Notes: generated by a model from the sequence alone, not told the origin. 64,000 nucleotides of DNA from Squalus acanthias (GCA_030390025.1 CM059432.1:11656001-11720000); one strand, 5' to 3'. Positions 49,005 to 61,794 are shown, counted from the stretch's first letter. Numbers and translations are program-made.

Positions 49005-50660
49005 CTTCTACTTTCGTATGGCACGAAAGCTTATTATGGGATGTCTAGTTTGGCTGTCCATTCGATGACCTCCTGAGATGCCGAGTGGAGAAATGAGGTG
49101 CCTCCCGCAACAGATCTCAGTGGGCAGGTTGATGCGATGTGTTCCATGGTCTGGGACTCACGGCCACAGTCGCACTTCGGGGTCATCCCTCATCTTCCAC
49201 TTGTGGAGCTGGTGGGCGCATCGTCTGTGCCCTGTGTGGATTCGGTTGAGCGCCGTCCACTGTCTGTGAGGGAGGTCGAAGCCAGGGACCTCTGCTGTTG
49301 GGTCAGTGATGAGGTGTTGGTTCTTTTTGTTGCATGTGTCCCATGATCCCGTCCATCTGGATAGTGGGTCAATACCAGCTGCGTGAATATTGGCTGCTGT
49401 TTCCCAGAATGGCCAGCGCGATTCTAAGTGCTTTCGTGGTGGGTTTTTCAAGCCTTTGTGAATGGGAAGGTTGGTGTCGCTCATGGTTTTTCCATCTTGG
49501 AGCCTGGTGGCATCGCAGGGAATGGCAGGCGGGGCGATGTGGGACAGCACCGGCAGCCACTCAGTTGGGAGTAGACTTGAGCATCCCTGACACCATCCTT
49601 GACATGAATCTTGTCATTCATGTATGAAGTAATACTGGGCGGCCTGCTGGTGGCGCTGTCCAGGGAGAGTATAAATACTCGGGCATGGGCCCAGCTTGCT
49701 TGGGACATTCCTCAACAGGAACTAGTGAAGGACACAACTAAACCTCCATGTTGAAAAACAGTTGATTAAAGCTTTGTTTAACGCTGAGACCAAGTGCCTA
49801 GTAGTTTTCTTACGTCAATCCTCATGGTGGTGTTTAGCTGCACGTCCACGATCTTTGTGTGGAGGCTGCAGGACCATGAGGCAGAGCGGTATGCTGCAGC
49901 AGAGTAGACGAGGGCCACTGTTGCAGTGTGAAGTGTTCTGGCTGTGCTTCCCCCGTGACGCTCCAGCGAGTTTCCAGACCACGTTCACCCTAGTTTTACT
50001 TTTTGACTGGTGTTGGTGAGATGCGGCCGATAGGTTGAGAGTCCTGTTCAGGGTGACACCCGGGTATTTTGGGTGGGGTTCATGGGTAAGTCTCCTTCCT
50101 CAGAATGAAACGTTGAGTTCTTTCCCGCCGACGTTGTTGTTCAGATGGAACGCTGACAAAACTGTCTTCTCTGGATTGGGGCGGAGGGGCCAGGTCCAGA
50201 AGTAGCGTTCCAGTAGGTCCCGGTCGCTTGTGAGCATCCTACTTGCTTCCTCTAGTGTTGATGCCTGTGTCAGCAGTGCTGTGTCATCGGCATAGGTGAA
50301 CATCTGGGATTTGGTGCAGGGCATGTCTGCCGTGTAGCTGTCGGAAAAGGCTTGGTGGGGGAGGGAGAGTTACAACGGGCAGAGCATCTGGCATTTTTGT
50401 TATGATTCTGTCATACATAAGTGATGTGATAAAGTGTTGTGACATGCCTTCCATTGTGTGTTTGGAGGTAAAACATAGCTTGCCACTTGCACCTGAAGTT
50501 GCTGTCTGTTTAAGGCCGATAATGGTAACAGATGAAGTCAACGTAGTTGCATTCATTTATTTGTCTATCTATTAATTTCTTTATTGTGCTAGTGAGAGCA
50601 GTGGTGAGTCGTTGCCAGCTTCTTGTTTTTAAGACATCTTCAGTGCGCACGGGCTTCCAC
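49005..50660 (-). mobile_element. Vingi/Ingi-like non-LTR retrotransposon, 5'-truncated and degenerate
   Basis: Motifs FTYADDTAL, LRPNPEKT..SAFHLNN, PKYPGVTLNRTL, LSHIAPP and PGFDLPHRQWTALNRIHTGHRRC; 3' end GCCATACGAAAGTAGAAG. Confidence 0.75.
49600..49817 (+). mobile_element. Short solo LTR, 218 bp, nested in the Vingi-like element
   Basis: Ends TGAC...GTCA with 5-bp TSD ATCCT (49595-49599 / 49818-49822); TATAAATA at ~49670 and ATTAAA at ~49765; excision restores the host frame LNTTMRMVSGMLKSTP. Confidence 0.85.
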
Positions 50661-51024
50661 TGAGCCTCTAGGCCTGATTTTAACCAGGAGAGGAAATTGG
50701 AGGGGTAGGGAAGGGTGGGTGCGGGTGCGTAATATGGGCGCCAACCCACACCCCCTCCCCCCCCAACCTCGGCAGAGTCAGGCCCGGATGATTTTAACTC
50801 CAAGGCCTCTTCTGCCTGTTGACTGCCCGGAATGGGCGGGAAGCCGCAACTGGTCGGCGGGCGTGAGCAGAATGTAACTCGTGACAGGTGGGTTTTGGGA
50901 GTGGGGTGGTCTCCACGTTCGGGAAGGTGGGAGCCTGAGGAAGGGGAACCATAAAACTTCCATGTGGGGGCCCGGATGAAAGTTTAAAAAAAAAGTTTAA
51001 AACTTACCTGTTTGGACTTCTTCA

Positions 51025-52063
51025 GACCTTGGCTCCCCTTCCCACTATCGTCCCCCAGCGGGAGAGTTCTGACCTTGGCTCCCCTTCCCACTATCGTCCC
51101 CCAGCGGGAGAGTTCTGACCCTGGATCCCCTTCCCACTATCTTCCCCCAGCGGGAGAGTTCTGACCCTGGATCCCCTTCCCACTATCTTCCCCCAGCGGG
51201 AGGGTTCTGACCCTGGATCCCGTTCCCACTATCTTCCCCCAGCGAGAGAGTTCTGACCCTGGATCCCCTTCCCACTATCGTCCCCCAGCGGGAGAGTTCT
51301 GACCCTGGATCCCCTTCCCACTATCTTCCCCCAGCGGGAGGGTTCTGACCCTGGATCCCGTTCCCACTATCTTCCCCCAGCGAGAGAGTTCTGACCCTGG
51401 ATCCCCTTCCCACTATCGTCCCCCAGCGGGAGAGTTCTGACCCTGGATCCCCTTCCCACTATCTTCCCTCAGCGGGAGAGTTCTGACCCTGGATCCCCTT
51501 CCCACTATCGTCCCCCAGCGGGAGAGTTCTGACCCTGGATCCTCTTCCCGCTATCGTCCCCCAGCGGGAGAGTTCTGACCCTGTATCCCCTTCCCCCTAT
51601 CGTCTCCCAGCGGGAGAGTTCTGACCCTGGATCCTCTTCCCACTATCGTCCCCCAGCGGGAGGGTTCTGACCCTGTATCCCCTTCCCCCTATCGTCTCCC
51701 AGCGGGAGAGTTCTGACCCTGGATTCCCTTCCCACTATCGTCTCCCAGCGGGAGGGTTCTGACCCTGGATCCCCTTCCCACTATCATCTCCCAGCGGGAG
51801 AGTTCTGACCCTGGATCCTCTTCCCACTATCGTCCCCCAGCGGGAGGGTTCTGACCCTGGATCCCCTTCCCGCTATCGTCTCCCAGCGGGAGAGTTCTGA
51901 CCCTGGATCCCCTTCCCGCTATCGTCCCCCAGCGGGAGGGTTCTGACCCTGGATCCCCTTCCCACTATCGTCCCCCAGCGGGAGGGTTCTGACCCTGGAT
52001 CCCCTTCCCGCTTTCGTCCCCCAGCGGGAGGGTTCTGACCCTGGATCCCCTTCCCACTATCGT
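51025..52063. repeat. 46-bp minisatellite, ~22.5 copies
   Basis: Unit GACCCTGGATCCCCTTCCCACTATCGTCCCCCAGCGGGAGAGTTCT, head-to-tail with no spacers. Confidence 0.96.
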
Positions 52064-53185
52064 GGGGAAGACACAACACCTTCCCCGCTCGGGCCTCCAG
52101 TTAAAATTACAGTCGGGCTTGGATGATGCCATCAGACTCTGATCTGCCTGGTCTAAGGTGGGACCCCACTGGCTTCAGACGGATGCCCTTGGGCCTGCTG
52201 AGAAGAGCAGGTTAAAATAGGAGCCAGCGGGAGCGGTGCAGGATGTTAACGGGTAAGTCTGCCCGTTGATTGTAATGGCCCGGTTTCCTGGTAGGGTTAA
52301 AATCGCCCCTTGTACCTTGATGCTGAGTATATTGAGCAGTCCATTCAGACCAAAGGAAATCAATAAGTGCTACAATGGGTGCCGTGATTGACAGGTTCAG
52401 GACAGAGATCAATCAAGCAGAGCAATCTAGTGGGCTAAACTCTCAGCCGGTCTGGAGGGATAGAGCTATTAACTTGCAGGTGAAAGATCGTTAAAGGTAA
52501 TTAACGGGACGCCGTATTTTAAAATGAACAGTTAACCATTAAAAAAAAAGGCCTGCTCCCAATCCTTGGCTTCTTGCCATCTCAGGATGTATGGATGACC
52601 TTTGGACTGTGATGGTGTTCCTGCCTCACCACTCGTCATTCTACAATTGAAGGTCTCCTCGCCTTGTACGATAATTTTGTCCTTGTAGAGACAAGATTTT
52701 AACCCGACTCGCTCAGCAGAAACCTGGCGGGTGGGCAGTTAAAATCACCCTGGCTCTGACCTGTCCGAGAGCCGCCATGATCGCAACATCTGCAATTTTA
52801 GTGCAGTATCAAAATACTGCAGATGCTGGAACCTGAAATAAAAAAAACCAGGAAATGCTGGAAATACTCAGCAGGTCAGGCAGCATCCTTGGAGAGAGAA
52901 AGAGAGAGAGACAGAACAGGAGAACTTTTATCTCAAGTACCTCCCTATCTCTGGCAAATCAGCGTAATATTTGGTGGGGTGCAAAAACCAGCCTTCCGCC
53001 CGATCCCGTCTGTTAAAATTACCCCCTTACCAAAGTCTAAAAAGGTTCCAGCGTTTTCTGTTGTTATTTCTAAAAAGGTTATGGTGGTACAGCAGACGTC
53101 GTCGGGCTAAACCTTTTCATGTGATTTTTATGCATCAAGTTGAGTGCGATCATTGGATCTATCAACAACAACAACTTGTATTTAT

Positions 53186-54601
53186 CTTCTTCATAGGCAG
53201 TCCCTCGGAACCGAGGATGACTTGCTTCCACATTAAAAATGAGTCTCTGTCACAGGTGGGGCAGACGGTGGTTGAAGGGGCGGGTGGGTGGGGTGCTTGG
53301 GTTGACGTGCGCTCCTTCCGCTGTTTGCGCTTGGCTTCCGCTTGCTCCCGGCGAAGAGACTCGAGGTGTTCGGCGCCTTCCCGGATGCTTCTCCTCCACT
53401 TTGTGCGGTCTTGGGCCAGGGATTCCCAGGTGTCGGTGGGGATGTTGCACTTTTTCAAGGAGGCTTTGAGGGTGTCATTGAAGCATTTCCTCTGCCCACC
53501 TGGGGCTCTCTTGCCGCGCCGGAGCTCCGAATAGAGCGCTTGTTTTGGGAGTCTCGTATCGGGCATGCGGACGATGTGGCCCGTCCATCGGAGCTGATCG
53601 AGCGTGGTCAAAGCTTCGATGCTGGGGATGTTGGCCTGAGCGAGAACACTGACGTTGGTGCGCCTATCCTGCCAATGGATTTGCAGGATCTTGCAAATGG
53701 TGGTACCTCTCCAGTGTTTTGAGGTGCCTGCTGTACATGGTCCACGTCTCTGAAGCATATGGGAGGTCGGGTATCACTACTGCTCTGTAGACCATGAGCT
53801 TGGTGCTGGGTTTGAGGTCCTGGTCTTCAAACACTCTCTTCCTCAGGCGACTGAAGGCTGCACTGGCACACTGAAGGCGATGTTGGACTTCGTCATCGAC
53901 GTCTGCCCTTGTTGACAGTAGGCTCCCGAGGTATGGAAAGTGGTCCACGTTGTCCAAGGCCTCATCATGGATTTTGATAATCGGGGAGCAGTACTGTGTG
54001 GCGGCGGCAGGTTGGTAGAGGACCTTTATCTTATGGATGTTTAGTGTAAGGCCCATGCTCTCGTACGCTTCGGTGAAGGTGTTGACGATGGTTTGGAGTT
54101 CGACCTCAGAGTGTGTGCAGACGCAAGCGTCGTCTGCATACTGTAATTCGATGACAGAGGATGGGACGACCTTGGATCTGGACTAGAGGCGATGGTGGTT
54201 GAACAGTTTCCCGTTTGTTCTGTAGATTAGCTCCACTCCAGCGGGGAGCTTACTGAGGCTGAGATGGAGCATTGCAGCCAGGAATAGCGTTGGTGCGATG
54301 ACACAGCCTTGCTTGACCCCGGTCCGTACGTGAATTGGGTCTGTGGTGGATCCGTTGGTCAGGATCACGGCTTGCATGTCGTTGTGAAGCAGGCGGAGGA
54401 TGGTGACAAACTTTTGAGGGCAGCCGAATTTGAGGAGGACACTCCATAATCCCTCACGGTTGACGGTGTCGAAGGCCTTTGTGAGGTCAAAAAAGGCCAT
54501 GTACAGTGGTTGGTGCTGTTCCCTGCATTTCTCTTGTAATTGACGCGCAGTGAAGATCATGTCCATTGTGCCCCTTAGTGGGCGGAATCCGCATTGCGAC
54601 T
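53186..54601 (-). mobile_element. RTE-clade LINE, 1.4-kb 5'-truncated copy
   Basis: Motifs FFDLTKAFDTVNRE, GVKQGCVIAPTLF, YADD and FPYLGS; (GAA)n tail; near-TSD CTTGTATTTAT / CTTGTGTTTAT inside an L2 tail. Confidence 0.92.
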
Positions 54602-54819
54602 CTTGTGTTTATAAAGCGCCTTTAACGTAGTAAAATGCTCCGAGGTGCTTCACAGGAGCGATTATCAGACAAAATCTGACACTGAGCCACAAACAGCAAT
54701 GTGATAATGACCAGATAATCTGTTTTTGTTATGTTGATTGAGGGATAAATATTGGCCAGGACACCGGGGAGAACTCCCCTGCTTTCCTTCAGAAATAGTG
54801 CCATGGGATCTTTTACATC

Positions 54820-55189
54820 TGTCACGATACAGAACGTGACTTGACATCATGGCCGGTCTTCCCAGGTGTTTTTTTTTTAAAAAGACTAACACAAGAACCT
54901 ACACAAATTGACAGGATATGCAGCCAGCAGGTGGTTTGACACGTTGGACCCCCTGGGACACATCTCATTGTCTTGGCTGTGCTCTTTGATGTAGGGAAAG
55001 ATTTGAATATATTTTGTCTGTGTTTAAATTGTGAATTCTGGGAGATTCTCTCACTGCTAACTTACCTGACGAAGGAGCGAACTGTTCCGAAAGCTTGTAA
55101 AATTAAATAAATCTGTTGGACTATAACCTGGTGTTGTGCGACTTCTCATTTTTGTCCACCCCAGTCCAACGCCGGCATCTCCACATCAA
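54820..55189 (+). mobile_element. Penelope-like pseudo-LTR (second family), 370 bp, inserted in a minus-strand DeuSINE
   Basis: 13-bp TSD GATCTTTTACATC (54807-54819 / 55190-55202); hammerhead core followed by AATAAA and an internal inverted repeat GTTGGACT/AGTCCAAC. Confidence 0.8.
55062..55100 (+). ncRNA. Minimal type I hammerhead ribozyme motif
   Basis: TTAC-CTGACGA-A-GGAGC(GAACT)GTTCC-GAAA-GC-TT-GTAA: stem I TTAC/GTAA, stem II with one G-U pair, palindromic stem III (AAGCTT). Confidence 0.75.
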
Positions 55190-56174
55190 GATCTTTTACA
55201 TCCACCTTAGAGAGCAAACGGGGCCTCGGTTTAACGTCTCATCCGAATGACGGCACCTGTGACAGTGCAGCACTCCACTGGAGAGTCAGCCTTGATTTTT
55301 TGTGCTCAAGCCTCTGGAGTGGGACTTGAACCCACAACCTTCTAATTCAGAGGCGAGGGTGCTGCCCACTGAGCCACAGCTGACATGGTGAGGGTCACGA
55401 AACAAGCCAACTGACCCGACAAGCTGCCCTTTGTACTTGGTCACAGCACCCCACCACACCCCTTCCTCGCTTTATTCCCATACTTCACAATCCTCTCTCC
55501 TCCACAAACACACCACCTTGTCCCTTTATCTACCCTATCTGTTCCCCTTAATATCTTGAAAACTTTGATCAGATCACCCCTTAACCATCTAAATTCCAGG
55601 GAATACAACCCTAGTTTGTGTAATCTCTCCTCATAATTTAACTCTTGGAGTCATTCTGGTAAACCTACGCTGCACTCCCTCCAAGGCCAATATATCCTTC
55701 CTAAGGTGTGGTGCCCAGAACTGCTCACAGTGTTCCAGGTGTGGTCTAACCAGGGCTGTGTAAAGCTGAAACATGACTTCTACCCTCTCGTAACTTGGTG
55801 GCTTGAATGTTTCTCTTGCATCTCAGTAACTAAAACTCTACACATTGCTCAAGGTGAGTATGACCCGGGCACTGCAGATTGTATACGACTTACTCTGACT
55901 CATTTTACTGCTAGCAATATAGTTCAACATTGCGTTGGTTTTCTTTATTGCTGCTCCACATAGCTGTATGTAAATGTTGAGTCTCCCCCAGATCTCTTGC
56001 ACCTTTAGCTAGTTCTACACAACAGTGCATGGACGACACACATTCTTCCTTTAATGTACAGTACCGTAAACTTGTCTGTATTAAATTTCATCTGACACCG
56101 TTTCCAGATTTTATTTAACTCCTTTCAGAGGTCCCCGGCTGCTTATTTAGAATCAACCACTCCCTTTCCCTCAT

Positions 56175-56550
56175 TCAAAATCTAGGTTGACACTCCAGTG
56201 CAGTACTTGAGGGAGTGCTGCACTGTCGGAGGTGCCGTCTTTCGGATGAGACGTTAAACCGAGACACCGTCTGCGCTCTCAGGTGGACGTAAAAGATCCC
56301 ATGGCCACTATTTTGAAGAAGAGCAGGGGAATTATCCCCGGTGTCCTGGGCCAATATTTATCCCTCAATCAACATCACTAAAAACAGATTATCTGGTCAT
56401 TATCACATTGCTGGTTGTGGGAGCTTACTGCGCGGAAATTGACATTTACTGCATTACAACAGTGACTACACTTCAAGAAGTGCTTCATTGGCTGTAAAGC
56501 GCTTTGGGACGTCCTGAGGTCGTGAAAGGCGCTATAGAAATGCAAGTCTT
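56175..56550 (+). mobile_element. DeuSINE (SacSINE1-type)
   Basis: Deu-domain and tail. Confidence 0.85.
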
Positions 56551-57564
56551 ATTTTCATTTAGAATTTAACCAATGCATCTTGAATTTCTGAATCAAGTCA
56601 TTGACATAGATTAAAACCCGGGCCACAATCCCAACAACAACAACTTGCATTTATATAGCACCTTTAACGTAGTAAAATGTCCCAAATTAGTCGCTTCACA
56701 CAGGAGCGATTATCAAACATAAGTTGACACCGAGCCACGTAAGGAGATGTCAGGACAGGTGACCAAAAGCTTGGTCGAAGAGGTGGGTTTTAAGGAGCGT
56801 CTTAAAGGAGGAGAGAGAGGAGAGGTAGAGAGGCGGAGAGGTTTAGGGAGGGAATTCCACCAAAGCACACCGATGTGACAATAAGGTCGGAGCAGTTCTG
56901 TGACATTCCGGCACGGCAGAGGTGGTCCGGAAGGACCCCAACAGTAGCACAGCTGCACCAAGCCCTTCAGTCCCTAAAGGAGCTAAATGGGTGCCCAAAA
57001 TGTTTTTGGGCCCCTTCAGCCTGCTCCAAACGGGTGCTCTGCTGCCAGGGCAACTGCTCTGGCTTGTGCTGGTGGCTACCTCATTGCCCGCTGCCCACAC
57101 TGGGTGCCTCGGGCACGTTGTAGGCCTGACATCTCCACGCGTGATTTTCTGGGCTGCCCACCCATAAACGACCCCAGCGATTAGAGGCAGCGCTGCTATT
57201 GCCGGAGAATCGCCGCTGCAGTTATATTTGGAATTTGCTGCTAATTTCTGCAATGCCCTTGGCAGCAAACTGCTAATGCAAACGGGCTATAAGAAGAGAA
57301 TGCGGAACAATAGAATTAATTAATCTCATTGGGGCACCTTGGCAGAGACTTGATTCCTTCTGATTAACTAATTCACCCGACCTAAAGAAGTCACAGCAAG
57401 CAGCTCTTTTTTTTTTATCCATTGGATGTGGGCGTAGCTGACAAGGCCAGCATTTATTGCCCATCCCTAATTGCCCTTGAGAAGGTGGTGGTGAGCCGTC
57501 GCCTTGAACCGCTACAACCGAGTGGCTTACTTGGCCATTCCAGAGGGCAGTTACATATAGGCCA

Positions 57565-57900
57565 GAAATAAAAACAGAGAATGCTGGAAACACTCAGCAG
57601 GTCAGGCAGCATCTGTGGAGAGAGAAACAGAGTTAACGTTTCAGGTCGAAGACCCTTCGTCAGAACTGGAAAAAGTTGGAGATGGAACAAGTTTTTAAGC
57701 AAGTGTAGGGGCAGGGAAAGGGGGGAGCAAAGGACAAAAGGGAAGGTCTGTGATAGGATGGAAGGCAGGAGAGATTAAGAGACAAAAGGGATGATGGTGC
57801 AAGGCAAAAGGAGATGGTAATGGGACAAGTTAAGAAACAAAAGATGGCTCTAGATGAAGTTTAAATGGCAATGGCAGAATGAAAGACAGCTGCCATGTGA
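57565..57900 (-). mobile_element. Penelope-like pseudo-LTR fragment (same family as 5564)
   Basis: Near-identical to the left arm at 5564-5655, then continues without inversion. Confidence 0.8.
57631..57667 (-). ncRNA. Minimal type I hammerhead ribozyme motif
   Basis: Minus strand AGTT-CTGACGA-A-GGGTC(TTC)GACCT-GAAA-CG-TT-AACT. Confidence 0.8.
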
Positions 57901-58914
57901 GAGAGAGAAAAAAAATTAGATTTATTTAATTAACTGAATTTAAATTCAGCATCTGCCGTGGTGGGATTTGAACTCACGTCTCCAGATCATTAGCCCCAGG
58001 CCACTGGATTACTAGTCCAGTAACATAACCACTGTACCCACAGTCTTTCAATTTGCAATCTCCCCATGCCTAACAAAACTTCACTCAGCTATGAGGCCCA
58101 GCTCCTTGCACGCTGTAAAGCAGACGCGTCTGAATGTCAGCTGACTGACGACAGCAGTCACCCCCCTTAACTGGATGGGTGGGGATAGGGCCGCCCATTA
58201 AACGAGTGGCTCAGTCCGCGGGAAATCAAAACCAGCTAAATCGGTTCCTAAGAATTTGTTCCAAGGAAGCAGATGCCAAACTCTTGCATGTGCTAATTAA
58301 GTGGCTTTTACTTTATAATCATAGAACGATACAGCGCAGAAGGAGGCCATTCGGCCCATCGTCCCTGTGCCGGCTCTTTGAAAGAGCGATCCAATTAGTC
58401 CCACGCACCCCCCCCCCCCCCCCCCCCCCCTGGCTCTTGCCCCATAGCCCTGCAAATTTATTTTCCTTTTGCAGAGATAATTGCAGAGATTCATGTTTGA
58501 TGTACTCCGGGAAGATTATTCTTAGTGAAACCTGGCAGCTGTGATTTCTGAAGAAGAAAGTTGGGAGTTCACAGTGCATTGGATGATAAGAAGGGAGGAT
58601 TGATGTGTGTCTCGAATAGCACCATGGGGCCCATCTGTAGCAGGGGTATTAACCTCGACAGACCGGATGGGAGAGTTTCATTTATCTCACTATTCAGTCT
58701 GTTGAATACAACACCCTCCGCTACCGATGGGTCTGTGACTTTACTGAAACAGCCACACTTCCATGGACAACCTGTGATACACACTAGAAGAAACAATGGC
58801 AAAAATTATTTTAAGTGTATTTTAATCTTTTTAAATTAAAGGGGCACTGTTATTTACGGAATCAAACAGTCTACTCCAAGCACTCTATTTCCATAACCGC
58901 TGGAAAGCCAAGAG

Positions 58915-59720
58915 AGAAAGACTTGCATTTATTTAGCGCCTTTCACGACCTCAGGATGTCCCAGTGGGCCTTAAAGCCAATGAAGTACTTTTTCAAGTGT
59001 CGTCATTGTTGTGATGTGGGAAACGCAGCAGCCAAAGAGGGCAGACGGGGGTCTGAGTTTAACGTTTCATCCGAAAGACGGCACCTCCGACAGTGCAGAG
59101 CCCAAATTTCTAGACCGTTGTGTGGAATGGGTCCCCAAAGGACATCCTCTATTTCACATTCGTCTCAATTACTGTAGACAAATCACAAGCGCATTCTTTC
59201 CGCCAAAATTGCTCCCCTCTCCGGAAGGCAGTGGCCGGGGCTTTCTGGCCCCCTTTGCCTGAGGCGCATCTCTGGTGGGCTGAGACTTCCACCTGCCGCA
59301 GAGATGTGCCCCTGACCCCGGCCAAACGTATAGCCTCGAGGATATTTAAACGCAGGAGGTCAGCTTGCAGGCTCTGTTGGGAGAGCTGTGTTGAAATAGG
59401 GATAAAAGAAAAAAAAGACTTGCATTTCTATAGCGCCTTTCACGACCTCAGGATGTCCCAATGGGCTTTACAGCCAATGAAGTACTTTGTGAAGTGTCGT
59501 CGTTGTTGTAATGTAGGAAACGCAGCAGCCAAAGAGGGCAGACGGGATCTCAGTTTAACGTTTCATCCGAAAGACGGTACCTCTGACAGTGCAGCACTCC
59601 CTCAGCACTGCACTGGGAGTGTCAGCCTCGATTTTTGTGCTCAAGTCTATGGAGTAGAACCTGAGCCCACAAGCTTCTGACTCAGAGACAAGTGTGCTAG
59701 CCACTGATTCACAGCTGACA
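58915..59720 (-). mobile_element. Two internally deleted DeuSINE copies (58915-59098 and 59410-59720)
   Basis: Both carry the junction GCAGCAGCCAA|AGAGGGCAGACGGG. Confidence 0.8.
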
Positions 59721-59828
59721 TCTTGAAGAATTCACCTTAATGAAGAGTTCACGCTGCAGCAGACGCGACAAGAAGCAGTTTTCCAGAAACTGATAGATTG
59801 CACCAGTAACCGTATCATTGGACCCCAT

Positions 59829-60686
59829 GGGCTGGATTTTACCAGCCCTGAGGAGGCGGGTCTGGAGGTGGGACTGCTGGGAAAATCAAAAAGATTGGCA
59901 GTGGGTCCCGAACCCGCTCCCAACTCGCATCTAAACAATATTCCCGGGAGTCAGGTCCCCGATTTGCGCAGGGACCTGACTCCTAGCGGCGGGAAGAGGA
60001 TTATAGCCACTTAACTGCCTGTTAACAGGTAGTTAACAGACAATTAATAGGCTTTTTCCCATTTTGAGACTTCTGCTGCGGGCTTCCCAACGTTGGGGAA
60101 CCCCGCCAGGGTAAGTGAGGCATGATGTGGGTCTGTTGTAATGTTTGTGTATAGATGACAGTTGCAGAAGTGGTGTGAAGGATACAATGGGACACTGGTG
60201 AGTATCAGAGGTAAGGAAATGGTGGGAAAGTCATTTTTAATGTGTTTAGATTTTTCTGTAGGTGACAAGCTTTGAAGTGTTTGTGTGGCCTCACCTCATT
60301 GGGAGAAGTGACAGATCGCTTCTGTACCCTCACCTGCAGCTGCCATCTGTTTTATCCTAAGGAGAGAGTAATTGGAGAGCCTGGATGCAAGGGCTCACCT
60401 TTGTACAGTGATTGTCAGTGTTTGACAGCACCTCAATGCTGTCAAATCATCTGTCAAAAATAAATGGTTCATGACCCTCTAAGAAAACCGGCAGATGAAG
60501 CGTCATCAACTGACGTCATCTGACACCGGATTTCCCTTAATTGGCCGGCAAGCCCGCAGGGCGGGCATAACGAGGCCAATCAGGGGAAAATAGCGTCTGT
60601 GCGTCGGATGTCGCTGGGGGGCGGGATTAGAACCCGGAAGGCAGCTTTCCCGCCCCCAACTTGTCTCGGCAGGTAAAATCCAGCCC
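59829..60686. mobile_element. PIF/Harbinger-type non-autonomous element, 858 bp
   Basis: Perfect 15-bp TIRs GGGCTGGATTTTACC / GGTAAAATCCAGCCC; flanks CAT/AAT. Confidence 0.75.
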
Positions 60687-61794
60687 AATATCCACATCTC
60701 GGCGAGGGTGTGGGTGAGGCCCAAATCGGCCGAAGACCGCGGCAAGGCCGGGGATGTGTAGGCCCTGCCGATCCTAATGCCGCGACTCTGGTTTGCTAAT
60801 TAGGCCCCCGCCTGCCTTTTGCAGGTGCCTTGTCCATGGCCTGCATTCTGCACTTTGAAATTTAATGGGGCGGGAATGGGGCTTGTTTGCCCGGCGCTCA
60901 ATGTTCCCTTTAAATTTTTGTTGGGTGCGTGGCCCATTCAAATTTCCGTGTATGCGAAGTTATTTCTAAAGCCGGTGAACAGCCTGCGCGGGGCCACGCA
61001 GTTTAACGGGAACATTGCCGGTGCTGTTATTTTACCCCTCTCCGACTCTCGTTGGCGGGGGGAGGGGGGAACGGGGGGGTGGGGGGGGTGGGGGTGGTTA
61101 AAATCGAGGCCATCATGTACCTGGTGAAAAATATCCCGCTTCAGGATGGAAGATTCCGAAAGCAGCATCAAACATGTCTGACGGCAGCGAGTGACAGTGG
61201 GGCGTCGCATGTGTGCGGTAACTCTCTGGTATAACGTGCAATTTAAGCTTGACACGGCCTTACACTGATCACAGCGTATCTCACCTCCCTTTGTTTCTGG
61301 CGCATTCCTGCAACGTTTTACTCTCCCGAACTCCGATGTATCTGCAGGAGCTGCTGAGGTCCACTCCCGACAGACCAGCTTAAGATTCAGGCGAATGCTG
61401 TGGGATCCTTCAGCAAACAAATGAGTACTTTGAGGTTTGGCTTAGACAGATCCCAAAATAGAGCCTCGCAGCTTCACCCTTCCGATTGATGTGTGATTAT
61501 TGGCCTCTGTGAAGGGCTGTCCGTGTCTGAAGATAGGTTATAATTTCAGTCATTAAGTCTGCTCTGGTATTTTAAGCAGACGTTACTGCATATTCAGTGA
61601 TCTTAATAATGACTATTTGAAAAGCAGCATTTTTTTAAATGACTAAGGCACTTGTTTTTCTTATTGGGAGGGGGAGGAAAGGGGTGTTATGTTGTCATAC
61701 CACTTGTCCTCTCCCTTCCATCGTGTTTAACTATAGGTTATGAAGCATTAGGTGCTCAATATTTGTGATTGTTTATATCTGTGCTCGCACAGTG

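Noticed and set aside
51025..52063. CRISPR-like appearance of the regular repeats (also 1033-2922)
   Set aside because: Units are head-to-tail with no unique spacers, there are no cas genes, and the context is a vertebrate intron.
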